From Amoebidium appalachense (Eukaryota; Protista; Ichthyosporea): 64,000 nucleotides of DNA. This document shows positions 22,107-59,236 of the stretch, one piece after another. Positions within the stretch are counted from its first letter, which is position 1. Every line of letters begins with the position of its first letter. The stretch is taken from positions 6,402,907-6,466,906 of the forward strand of contig CAVNZM010000001.1 in assembly GCA_963693365.1 (NCBI GenBank). The letters are read 5' to 3'. Below the pieces are notes generated by a model. It was not told where the DNA came from and ran no database searches. It saw nothing but the letters and a program-made list of their open reading frames with translations. Position numbers and translations under genes: made by a program.

Positions 22107-22940
22107 TCAGCGAAAAACAATAAGTGGTTCAAAGCTGTTCATACTACATTCCCTGCCAGTAGCTGTCATGCCAGTGCTTGCAGGTGTGGGGTGAGGGTTT
22201 GTGTTTTTCGTGGCAGTGTCACTAGCGAGTTTTTGTTGTTTGGTTTTTTCTAGCTGGCGGTCAGCTTTGTTTGCAGCTGCTTTTGCCTCCTGCTTCCTAT
22301 CCCTAACGTACTGGTTGAGTGAGGTGTTAACAGTGCGCAGGATGAGAGATTTCGTAAAGGAATCTGTTTCATGCCGCACGTAGTGCACGCTGCAGGTAAA
22401 GTCTGCACGACAGGGAGTGTTGAAACTAGAAGGGTGCAGAGGGTGTTGGCTACGAATCTCTGGCTATCACACTTAAGAAACGTTTGAAAGAGCTTCTTGT
22501 TTTCCTTGTTAAGCAATTCACGTGTTGTCTTGTAGCTACACACCACGACCTCATAGAATAGTCAGAAGGCACCTTGAGCCCCCCCCGTGACTGTACCATA
22601 ATGAGTTCGAGATCCATGCTGCTAGACTGTGTGTTTGCATCAAGATTGAAGGGGCCAAAAAGCAGAGGATGGCAAGCAGTGCAGCCTACGTGTAATGCTG
22701 TACGCGCAGCGCAGAAACCCGCTATGTATGCCATCACACTAGGTTTGTCGATTTCACTTTACCCAAGCAGGCTGCAACATCTCTCAGCATCTCGGCCACC
22801 ATTGCCTCATCAACGGCCTTGCCAGCATGGTCAATTGTGTCGTTGAAGTGCTTAAGGGTGGCCCTTGCATCGCCCCCCTGTGCAAAGCCAGCAACGCGTG
22901 CCATCTTCTGGATGCGGACACGCCTGATGGCTTCCACAAC
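22107..22940 (-). pseudogene. P-element/THAP9-like transposase C-terminal fragment, frameshifted
   Basis: MAYIAGFCAARTALHVGCTACHPLL..LELIMVQSRGGLKVPS matches the recalled YIAG..CxxC..L..GGLxxPS motif of P/THAP9 transposase C-termini; split over 3-4 frames; starts after acceptor GTTTGCAG; catalytic core absent. Confidence 0.65.
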
Positions 22941-23123
22941 CTGCAAACAATAAAGTGTTTGTTTGCTGGGCAGGCACATGCAAACGAAAACAAGAGGGTG
23001 ACAAAAGGAACCCTCACTGTGTGTGTTTTTCAGTGTGGAAAGAAGGGAGGAAGTGTGGTGATCGTGTGGCTTGAACTTTATTTATTTGGGTTGGGCCCCA
23101 AAGGCCAGGGGGGTGGTGGGGGG

Positions 23124-23217
23124 GTCTATAGCAGAGTCTGGCAGAAAAGGGGAAGGTTTAGAGTACTCAGCACTTTGCAAGCACATATCATTATAAGGCA
23201 CGGGAGGCAGAGGGGCT

Positions 23218-23253
<36 letters not shown>

Positions 23254-23308
23254 CACACACACACACAAACCGACACACACACACGGCGGGGAAGGGGGGT
23301 GGGTGGGT

Positions 23309-23342
<34 letters not shown>

Positions 23343-23724
23343 GGGGAGGGGGAGTCTGTATAGAGTCTGTTTGAAGGAAAAGCCAAAAGCTGCTTGCTTT
23401 GCATGCACATATATAGGTCACGGGAAGCAAAGGGGTTTGGTCCCCCGGAGAGGGGTGGGGTGGGGGGGGGGGGGGGGGGGGGGGGATATGGGAGTCTGGC
23501 TTTTAAGGGGAAGGTAAAAGCTACCTAGTACTTTGCAAGCACAAATAAAAAAAATTACGAGAAGCAGACAAGCTTTGCCCCCCGAAGGGGGAGGATGGGG
23601 GGGGGGGGGGGGGGGGGGGAGGGGGGGTTGTATATGAGAGTCTCACTCGGAGGGGAAAGTAAAAGCTACATGATACTTTGCATGCACATATATAAGTTAT
23701 GGGAAGCAGAAGGGCTTTGGTCCC
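23124..23724. repeat. Four diverged ~95-bp units separated by poly-G/poly-C tracts
   Basis: Core GAGTCT..AAGGGGAAG..CTTTGCA(A/T)GCACA..GGGAAGCAGA..CCC at about 23124, 23352, 23486 and 23631. Confidence 0.8.
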
Positions 23725-23906
23725 TGTGAACCGAGTCGATCATGAGGAAAAGGTACGTGCCGGGTAGACAGGGATGGGGAACCTTACGGGTATCCTTTTG
23801 CAGCCGCGTGCATTCGCAATTTTCTTGAAATGCGCACGGTTGATTGCATTGTTGTCACGGATCAACACAATGGGCCAGCTGATACCGAGTGTCCCAGGGG
23901 AGCCCG

Positions 23907-23945
<39 letters not shown>

Positions 23946-24146
23946 GGGGAACCCCAACTAATTGATTTCTCTTAGTCTTTATGGTGTCTCGTAGAGAAAG
24001 TAAACCCTGATATATAATCATCATCCGACATCTATGAAGGTGATCATGATATACCGCTGAGGGGATATTCCGAGCAAAACCCCCCCATACCTGAGACTGG
24101 TCTCTCTTTGCCTCGAGTAAATATGCGTGAACCCCCATTCAGATCT

Positions 24147-24777
24147 ATAGACCAATTTAGATTTACTAATTGAGAATCTCAATGTGTTTGCTTCGCTCTT
24201 GGGAGATCTAGCCAGCCGAGCTGGCGAAATGAAGGGCTGGCCATATACCAAATCCTGCTTATAATGCTTAAAATCAATAATTTGAACGGAAAAGGGGCTT
24301 TCGCTCCATTAATAAATAATTTGATAAACAAAGCAACAAGCAATTTTTGTATAAGCAACATGGGGTGTCCGGCGCCTATTTCGTAGCGAAAACAGGCAAA
24401 AACCATAATTTCATCATAGACGATCGACCTCGAGGCAAGCCTTTACACGGTGGTAAGAGGCTATAGACAAGACGGGTTTTGATGATTTTAGCGATGTAGG
24501 CGTTGTCGGAGCACCCCGACTGATTATATCATTTTTGCGCGTCTTTTTATTTCCTAAAACTTTTTCTTATGGACGGACGAAAACCAGCTTTCTAAGTAAA
24601 ATCGGGGCCTAACTGCTTTTGAGAAGCTGTCGGTCTGAGATTTTGGCCTGTCACCGCCTGAGCGGCCCTTACCTTGGCCCTTACTTGGCGCAACCAATCA
24701 CAAGATTCGAATTGTCCCGGTGAGCCATATAAGGTTAGGCAGAATTTGAAGAAAATCATTTCTAAGTACCGGTCTAT
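24147..24777. mobile_element. ~630-bp MITE-like element related to 1218-1811, nested in the P-like element
   Basis: Shared blocks in the same order: TTTGTATAAxCAACA..GGGTGTCCG, AAAACAGGCAAAAAC, ATAGACGAT, CACCCCGACT, TTTCCTA, GACGAAAAC, GCAACCAATCA; ends ATAGACC..GGTCTAT. Confidence 0.65.
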
Positions 24778-25704
24778 TCGGACACGAGGGCGCTGAGGCT
24801 GGCAACCGTACCGCATTCGTCTTGTCCTCGATCGGCACCCACGCGGCATGATTAGTCACTGTTGAGATTGACTGGTGACGTCCTGCGCCAAGGCCGTCAC
24901 TGTTGAATTTGGCCGTGCACGTACAATAATCACCGACTCACGAGTCACGACGCAAGATGATGCACGCGTAAATATATCCAGATGCATTCCATCCTTCAAT
25001 TGTGAGAGCTTGCCAAGCAGGCTCTGAATAATGCTGGCGTATGTAATAGTGGGTGATCATTGTGCTCACCTCAATTGCTCCGGCAATTATAGCATATAAA
25101 TACATCTCTCTGATGTGTATATTGAAAATTATTTTAAATCTTTTACCTAGCACTTGAACCATCTTACAGAGCGGGACATGCTTACGATACACAAAGGCCT
25201 CGGAATGAACAAGGGTATAGTGAACGCTTTTGATTGGCTATTTGTGGATTCAAGATAAGGAGAGAATAGCGCTCGAGCATAGTGTTGGGCTGAAACACCT
25301 GCAGGCTAGTTAGTCTCTACATGTCTAAGTTTGTTTAATTTTTTCTGGATTTTTTATAAAAGAACAAGGGAATTAATGATAGCTTCACAGTAGCTGGCAG
25401 CTAAACAGCCGTGTTCTGAACTTCAGATCTAGACATGGGATCGGAATGCAGAAACAGTCTCTCTAGAATGCAAAGATCGCATGAGCACCAGCGGCAAATT
25501 GAAGTTTTATCGTTCGTACATCGCAATAATTTTAAAATGATTAGTCACTGACACCAAGCTTGAGACAGCCGGAAAATCTGAAAATCTCGTGTGCTCCTAT
25601 TTTGTGGAAATCTTTAACAATTTCATTGTAAATAAAAGCCTACGAGCTAAAAAACAACAACTTGGAACTAATGGAAGACATGTTGCTGAAACCTTTCAAA
25701 CGTT

Positions 25705-25945
25705 GGGGGAGCCGCTGCGGCCGAGCGGGTAAGCTGCTCGCCTCCGACGCAGGAGGCACCTGGGTCGAATCCCGGGATGTAGCGCATTGAGGATCGGATG
25801 CCCTGATGGGACTCGCCTGGGTGCAGAACTATGGCAATGGCCCTCTAAGCTAACTCCAACCGGGGTAGTCAAGGATCGGATGCCTTGGCTATTCCGGAAA
25901 GCTTTTTGGTGTATGATTATTTAAGTGGTGTATGATTATTTAAGT
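25705..25945 (+). mobile_element. tRNA-derived SINE-like element (degenerate tRNA head, possibly Arg-CCG derived)
   Basis: A-box-like CGGCCGAGCGG, B-box-like GGGTCGAATCCC in a CTGGG/CCCGG T-stem, anticodon-like loop CTCCGAC; broken acceptor stem; tail with 2x GGTGTATGATTATTTAAGT. Confidence 0.65.
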
Positions 25946-26180
25946 CGTTATCTCCTCCGTATCCGAGAGTGAGGGCTTTTGTATTTCCTTCTCCGAGATA
26001 TCGGTGATATCTCGATGGCTTCTATTTTGCTGAGCATATCAATAAAGTCATTATAAAAAATAAAAAATAAATTCAGAGCTGTTAACCCCGGCACTATTGC
26101 ACTGACGTTACAATGGCGCTGCAGCTGGGCCCAGCGCTAAGCAGACTGCACGTGCAGTCTGGAAACCGCCGGCCGTGAGA

Positions 26181-26304
26181 CTAACACGTACTGACGTGTT
26201 GCCGCACGTGCGACGTTATACATCTAATTCAGGCGGCTTTTAAGCAAAAAAAAAAAAAACAAAAAAAAAAACAAAAAAGGAGACACCGCCTCAGTAGGTG
26301 GTAG
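26181..26304. mobile_element. Micro-MITE copy 1 (124 bp), 9-bp TSD GCCGTGAGA
   Basis: TSD at 26172-26180 and 26305-26313; ends CTAACACGTACTGACG / CCTCAGTAGGTGGTAG (13/16 inverted match). Confidence 0.85.
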
Positions 26305-26519
26305 GCCGTGAGACAAACTTTGCAATAATTGACTCAGGTAAGTTCAGAATATCTGTGACTTTTTTTGATGTACATGGTCTACACATTTTTTTGACTATTG
26401 TTAGGCCTGGGCCACATGATTTCATGACGATTGATGTATACGAAGTCAGTGACTGTCTTCTTGTGGCGCTCCGTAGGTCGATCTACTACATGATAAAGTC
26501 CGCCGGAGTCCACCTGCAT

Positions 26520-26623
26520 CTAACACGTACTGACGTGTTGCCGCACGTGCGACGTTTTTACATCTACTTAGGTTAAAAAAAAAAAAAAAAAAAAAAAGGA
26601 GACACCGCCTCAGTAGGTGGTAG
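26520..26623. mobile_element. Micro-MITE copy 2 (104 bp), 9-bp TSD CACCTGCAT
   Basis: TSD at 26511-26519 and 26624-26632; near-identical to copy 1 apart from the region around the A-tract. Confidence 0.85.
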
Positions 26624-27178
26624 CACCTGCATATACCGGGGTAGACTCTGTTTACAAGTTATCATACTGCATACGTACCGCCTGACTACGCATTATTGTA
26701 ACTAATCTAACATAAATTTAATAATTGAAGAAATAGTATTCATGATCAATCCAGTGGCACGGCTGGTGGAGCCTTTGCCAAGTTGAGTGACCTTGCCACA
26801 CCGTCACATAACATTTGTGGGGCTATAATCTGAACACAAGGAAAACTGAATGGCAACTACAATAGAAACACTACAGCCTATCAAAGAAAGACTTCTTCCC
26901 TTTTTGTTCTTTCTTTCTTTCTTTTTTTCCCCCTCCTCCCCTCCCGTTAGTTTATATCAGTCGAATATGTTTTGTGCACTCGCAGAAACATCTGGAAGAC
27001 TCAACAATTGCAATTCGTCTCGACAATTAAAGTTTAACCATAAAGTTTCAAAATTTAGTGAGATCAACCTTCCGTGTGTGTACATTGCATTTATTATGTG
27101 ACACGACACCGTGAGTCAGACGGTGTGTCGGCCCTTGCCACTCAGTGGTTACCAGCTTGTAGTGTGTACACCGTGTGT

Positions 27179-27232
<54 letters not shown>

Positions 27233-27605
27233 ACGCGCGTGTGATACTATACTGAGTGTGTGTGGGACCCAACCGGGTCACCGTGGGGGATTGGTGGTCA
27301 CGTGGGGCGAGCACCCGAAGCGTTAGTTATGTCCGGTATATGTACAATATAGTATTAAATTGCTAAGGACATCCGCCTGAACATAGAACAGGCTAAAAAA
27401 AATCAGGAGTCAACCGATCCCCGGGCCGGAGTCCGCAATACGGACCAATTATGGGTGGAAATGATTCCTGCGATCGACCGAACCTGACAGTTTGAGACTG
27501 AGGTATGCGTTTGGCAGCATGCAGTGATTCTGGCCCCATTGGCAACATTTTCCCAAAAATTAAACCGATAAAATAATCACTCAAATGATTTGGCCATCCA
27601 AAAAG

Positions 27606-47846
<20,241 letters not shown>

Positions 47847-47936
47847 TTTACTGGCTCACACACCCCACTTAGAGGTATCAATATGAGGTAATGACTGTCG
47901 CACGTGTGCATGCATAAAAGGATGCTACACACACAC

Positions 47937-47968
<32 letters not shown>

Positions 47969-48382
47969 GGAAAACACTGAAGGTTTGTGAACTCTCTGTA
48001 AATGAATGGATCACTACACAGAAAGGAGTACGGTTTTGGGTGTAAGATATAACTACATCGTATTATTGAAAACTCTTTCTCCTCTACCGTATATTCTTGG
48101 TCATAAGAACGTATCTTTATAAATGTGCGCAGCTTGGTGGTGTAAAAAGTGGTTCTCATAACGTTACTCAGAACGGCCAGTTGAAGTCCTGATCCAACCG
48201 TCGAAAGGATTTTGAATCTCCCTCCAGATCTGTGTGGAAGGGTTTTGATTCGCTAGATCTGAAACAATAGGCTATATGAACCTCCAGAACCACTCTTTGA
48301 AGTCAGTGTTGCTGATTTGTTGGCCGGCTGCGGATTTGATTTGGTTTTGCGGAGCAAGAGGTGTCGGTCAGACATATGTACC

Positions 48383-48566
48383 CTCACACGTACTGACGGT
48401 GTGCACGCGCTGCGATGAACTTTACGTTCGCTGCAGACGGGTTTCCTTACACTCTCGCGACCGCGTGCATGCTTTCTGTCGCGGCGCCTCGACGGTTCGA
48501 TAGAGTCCAGTGTTCGCTGAATGTGTAAGGAAAAATAAGGAGCCATCTCAGTAGGTGGCATGGCAG
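48383..48566. mobile_element. Micro-MITE family member 3 (184 bp), 9-bp TSD ATATGTACC, ~540 bp upstream of the NCAPG2 ATG
   Basis: TSD at 48374-48382 and 48567-48575; left end CTCACACGTACTGACG, right end AAGGAG..CTCAGTAGGTGGCA(TGGCA)G shared with copies 1-2; interior differs. Confidence 0.75.
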
Positions 48567-48957
48567 ATATGTACCCCTGGCCGAGGGGACCGGGCCGGTG
48601 ACTTTAAAAAAAAAAAAAGTATTATGGAAAAATTACATATGCATGCATGGATATGAACACCGCCGGGCCCTGATCTGCAGTGTACACATGTACCTACAGC
48701 CCCTTCGAATCATGCCATGATAGCAGGCGCTATCAAAGCCCAAAAACGACAGAAATGAGACTACAGAATATGCATATCAATAGAAGCCATCCAAATGGAC
48801 AAAAAATGCAACAAGCACACGTGAAGATGACTTTATTTGTGTTCTTTAAGGGGGAAAACGGTGCGGTATTAGGCATCCGCACGTGTTACGAGCACGTGAT
48901 TTGTGAAACGTTTCTGTCGACCACAACGGAGGACCTTCCGGTTCTGTCGAACACGCA

Positions 48958-49247
<290 letters not shown>

Positions 49248-49501
49248 TCACATGATGTTTCAGTCGTCCTCAGTGGCGCTCGTGGCACGATGCTCTCACT
49301 CATCTGATAGATGTTTGTGTGTGTGTCACGGGCCCCGTTGCAGGCTCCCCGTCGGAAGGTGAATGTGCACGTATCCTGCACGTTCCCCTTATGCTCACAC
49401 TCATGCCAAGGTCACGCCCACAAGTGGCCCACCTCTCAGGCTGATCGTGTGATCACTGTGTGCACCGTATCTTACTGATATATGCTCATACGGTATACCA
49501 C

Positions 49502-49575
<74 letters not shown>

Positions 49576-49750
49576 CGTCTCTCTCCTCTCTCTCTCTCTC
49601 TTTCCCTCTCCACCCCCCCCCCCCCTCCCTCTCTCTCTCCCCCTATCTCTCCCTCTCCCTCTCCCTCTCCCTCTTCCTCTCCCTCGGCCTCTCCCTCTCC
49701 CTCTCCCTCTCCCCCCCCTCTCCCCCTCCCCCTCCCCCTCTCCCTCTCCC

Positions 49751-49784
<34 letters not shown>

Positions 49785-49845
49785 CTCCCCCCCCCCCCCT
49801 CCCTCTCTCTCTCCCCCCTATCTCTCCTTCTCCCTCCCCCTCTCC

Positions 49846-49877
<32 letters not shown>

Positions 49878-49883
49878 CCCTCC

Positions 49884-49948
<65 letters not shown>

Positions 49949-50155
49949 CCCCCCCCCCCCCCCCCTCTCTCCCTCTCTGTTATCTGTCTCGGTACCGCAA
50001 CCGAGGGGGGGAGGAAGGGAGAGGGGGGAGGGGGGGGGGGGGAGGGGGGAGAAGGGACGGACTAAGCCTTCCGAGTGAGCACAAGAGTTGGATATCGTTT
50101 GAGATATTTACCATAGTTCTTAGCTAGATCTTTTTTTTTGTTATCGTATCACGTT

Positions 50156-50246
50156 TTGTTCCCGGAGAACCTTTGCAGGCCTTTGAGGGAATTACCGTCT
50201 ACCATGGTAGTTTCCTCGAGGGCCTGCAAAGGTCCTCCGGGAACAA
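50156..50246 (+). ncRNA. Candidate structured RNA hairpin (pre-miRNA-like)
   Basis: 41-bp unbulged stem (36 Watson-Crick, 4 G-U, 1 A-C) with 9-nt loop GTCTACCAT; no expression evidence. Confidence 0.45.
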
Positions 50247-50272
50247 GTTCTCTAGAATCAGCTGTAGCATAA

Positions 50273-50314
<42 letters not shown>

Positions 50315-50759
50315 TCACCACCACCCCCCACCCCCTCCCTGCCCCCCCCCCCAAAAAAAAAGGAAGGAAGGAGGAAAGGAAAAGAAAGAAATAGAAAGAA
50401 ATATCCTTAAAAAAACTGAGAAGCGTTCGAAAAGGGCGAAAATTTAGTAAAAGGTCGGGTCCGGAAACCAAGCGGAATGAATGAATGAATGCCTCTGCTT
50501 GAAAATGATCCGACGAAACTAATAGGAAGCACAATTCTGCACTCGGATTTTTTCGCATATGTAACCCCTACGCTGCTAATGCCATCCCAAGTTACCCCCC
50601 CCTCCCCCCCACTTTCCGGCCCTCCCCTATCCTCCTCCTCCCTTACCACTCCTCTCCAGCTCCCCACATCATCCACGAACAAATGTCGGACCACAAATGT
50701 CGGACCACATGCGCACACAAATGGATGTGTAAACATGCAAGCACGCACACATGTACACA

Positions 50760-50795
<36 letters not shown>

Positions 50796-50809
50796 CACCC
50801 ATGCACGGG

Positions 50810-50937
<128 letters not shown>

Positions 50938-51042
50938 CTTAGTAGGCAGCAGTCAAGAACCCCTCCCCTCTGCGGACCCTTCTCCCGCCGCTGCAAACTG
51001 CGCCACATCCCCGCAACAAATACATTGACCATCAGTTGTTAA

Positions 51043-51073
<31 letters not shown>

Positions 51074-51322
51074 AAAAAAAAAAAAGAAGAAGAAGAAGAA
51101 GAAGGGGAGGGGGGGGGGGGGGGGGGGGGTTAGTAGGAAAAGAGAAGGGGGGGGGGGGGGGGGGGGGGAAGGAAAGAAGACAGCTTGGGGGGCCCCCCCA
51201 TGCCGGGACCCCCTTCTCTCCTCCCTTCCTCTTGAGGCTCTCTCTCTCTCTGCGTGTGTGTGTGTTTGTGTCTGTCTCTGAGACTCCAAGCCTCTGTCTG
51301 TCTGTCCATCCCTCCCCTCACC

Positions 51323-51552
51323 GGGGCGAGTTGGTGTAGCGGCAACGTCGCTGGCTGACAAGTCTGATGCCACGCGTTCAAATCCGCTAAGCGACAGCTT
51401 TTTTTCCACGGGGCTCATGCAGACCATCGATCTGGCCGCCCCCTAGACAACACCCCACTGGGTTGATAGATCCTTGACTTCCTCTGAGGCGTAGAGAAAA
51501 CGTTATAACTGCATATGGCCTCGCTGGGCAAACGTGATAAAATAAAAAAAAA
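51323..51552 (+). mobile_element. tRNA-derived SINE-like element or Pol III unit
   Basis: A box TGGTGTAGCGG (51332-51342), B box GTTCAAATCC (51376-51385), T7 at 51399-51405, A-rich tail near 51540-51552; cloverleaf does not fold. Confidence 0.6.
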
Positions 51553-52840
51553 CAACACCCCCCTCCCCCCCTCTGAGCTCCCCGGATTTTAGCTGATTGC
51601 ACCATATGCATTGGCACCCTGAATACAGTCATACAGTCGGTGCTTGGTAGCGGACGGCAGTTTCTGTGAAGGAACCCAAGGGGTGTCCTCCAGGGGGGAA
51701 GCTTTGGAATAAAAAAATAAATGACTCCCCCCCTCCCCCCCCCCCCCCCCCCCCCTCCCCCCCCGGGCCTTCCCCCGCCTCTTGCCCCTCCCCCTCCCCC
51801 GCCCGGGGCCTCCACACGGGGATCAATATCATCCCAAGGCCTTCTATCTTCCTCGAGCTCCCCGCTTCCAGTGACGACAGTAGCCTTGCATGCGCAGTAT
51901 ATATCGTTTTGATTTATAGCCGACCGTCACGTTGCCGCCTGTTTTGCAGTCCATTGTGCATGCGCAGTTGCAACATGTACACACCAGTACTGAGCCTCTG
52001 GGAATGGGATCCGGATGCATTTGCCGGACAGCTTTAAATTTGTTTGCACAGTACATGTGATGTTGGACACCTACATCCAAGTGCTTGATGAACAACGCCT
52101 GCGCACACGTGCACTTCCACACGGTTACGCAAGTGCAGCATGCTCAGCGACTTGCCCTTGAAAGGGTGGCAAGGGTCGTTTTTTCAAATGGCCCAAGTGG
52201 ACGTGCACCATGGCGCGCACAAATGCTTGGCCTGCAGGGTAAAGCTTCAGTGAAGTTCAGTCAGCCATCCCGCCCATGTTGCTCAGAATCTCAGAATGAG
52301 CCAATCGGGAGTTGCGTAATCAGATTCACATGGGTCCATGTGCATTCCAAAAAAGGCTAATCTTCATTGGTTGGGCATTGCGAGGTGCGCCAACGGTGGC
52401 TCACATCACACCCATTGCTCATCATGTAGACTTCAGCCCCGGTTTTTCGCGTGCTCAGTGGTCACTATGAGACTATTGTATGTATGACTGTGAACCAGTT
52501 ATGGCATCTTTTCCTTTTGATAATTAGTTCCGTTTCTCTCCTTTTTCGAGTCTCTAACTGTAGTAGGCCATTACTTAAGTGTTATTTTTCACTGAATAGT
52601 GGCTGCTTCGGATTCAGGCAGCCAGCGTGCACTCCTGAAGAGCCAAGCTGCATCCTCGCGATCGCATGAGCCTTCCTCGAAAGCTTTGTCCTCGCTAACG
52701 TAGTGGTTTTGGCTATCAATGTCATATTGGGAATGGGGCTGAATTTCATACATTCAGCCATGTTTTATAGCTCTATGTAAACATGCCGTAGCATTTATTA
52801 AACAATGGTTGGTGGACAGACTTCTTTACAAATATGTGCA

Positions 52841-53010
52841 CACGTGCAGTGAGAAAAGGAGAAAGCACGAAATCTCGTTCCGAATCCGAAATCATCGGAT
52901 TTCAAATGTGCATGCATGTGATTGGCTGCCACGATCTATCTCTTGATTGGTTAGACGTCACGGGTACAAGATTACCACTGCTCAGTTTCCGGAATGCAAT
53001 ATAAAGGCAG
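52841..53010 (+). promoter_or_regulatory. Putative PEPCK core promoter: E-box, two inverted CCAAT boxes, CRE-like site, TATA box
   Basis: CACGTG 52841, GATTGG 52920 and 52945, GACGTCA 52954, TATAAA 53000, 170 bp before the ATG. Motif inspection only. Confidence 0.5.
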
Positions 53011-53170
53011 TTCACCTTTGAAACCGTCACTTTGCGTTCACACATCCAACAACCGTGTGAGAGTGGCATTTCCTATTCAGGCGCAAACACATCCCTCTTC
53101 CCCTCTTTTTGGTGTTTTTTTTGCTTCGGCGTTTTTGTTTTTCAGTTCACCTCCTTCACACGTCGTAAAA

Positions 53171-58522
<5,352 letters not shown>

Positions 58523-59205
58523 GGGGTGGATTGGTGACCTTGGATATACGGGAGATAGTTGTTGCTGTTGTTTTTTGTAATATGATCAAGTTGATTGTTG
58601 TGAGTGAATTGGGATATTGTCGTGAAATTTCAAATTTTGTCGTCGTCGCCGTTGGCTTGAAACTCTATGGGATGTGTGGTATGACTTTCACAACACAAGT
58701 TGTGTTTTGGCTTTTGTCGATGTGTGCAATAATAGAACGCCGTCTTCTTGATATCGGTTTTAAAAATGTTGTACCATACAATTTCCAATTTTCTCTGATA
58801 TCACCACATGAAAATCGAACTGAACGAGTTCCTCATTCAGCTGGCCTGGATAGAGCTTTGTGAACGCTTAGATATGCTTGAGATATATATTTGCTTCATG
58901 AATTTATGCATGCACATGTGTTGCCGTATCAGTGAATGCGCACCAGCTTTTTGAAACTTTGCACGCTGTGATGCATTGATAGCCGCATGCGGAACGGTTT
59001 TCAAACGAATTTTCTGATAAGAACAGATACTACACGAATTTTCAACTTTACGATTTGTTGAGGAGGATGAGAGGCCGCACGCATGTGCCCATAAATTTAT
59101 GCACTTTTTCGTCATTTTTCAAAAAAGCTTTGAATTTTGCATTTTCAAGTGTTCCCAGTAGGCATCAAGGCGACACAGTTTGTGTGTGTGCCCCTGCCCC
59201 CCCCT

Positions 59206-59236
<31 letters not shown>

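Larger units (their letters stand above)
21580..25150 (-). mobile_element. Decayed DNA transposon, probably P superfamily, with long imperfect inverted end regions (boundaries approximate)
   Basis: 21733-21803 CACGGCCATCTTGAACAGCACGGCCTTGGCGCAGGA..CAATTTCAACAGTGACT matches reverse complement of 24854-24917 CACGGCCAAATTCAACAGTGACGGCCTTGGCGCAGGA..CAATCTCAACAGTGACT; weaker match 21590-21645 vs 25078-25145; encloses a transposase fragment. True termini and TSD not found. Confidence 0.55.

Noticed and set aside
25711-25784. Functional tRNA gene (also 51325-51396)
   Set aside because: Acceptor and anticodon stems are broken; treated as SINE heads.
52733-52762. Short hairpin GGCTGAAT..ATTCAGCC ending CCATG as a second P-type footprint
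   Set aside because: Ends asymmetric and no 8-bp TSD.
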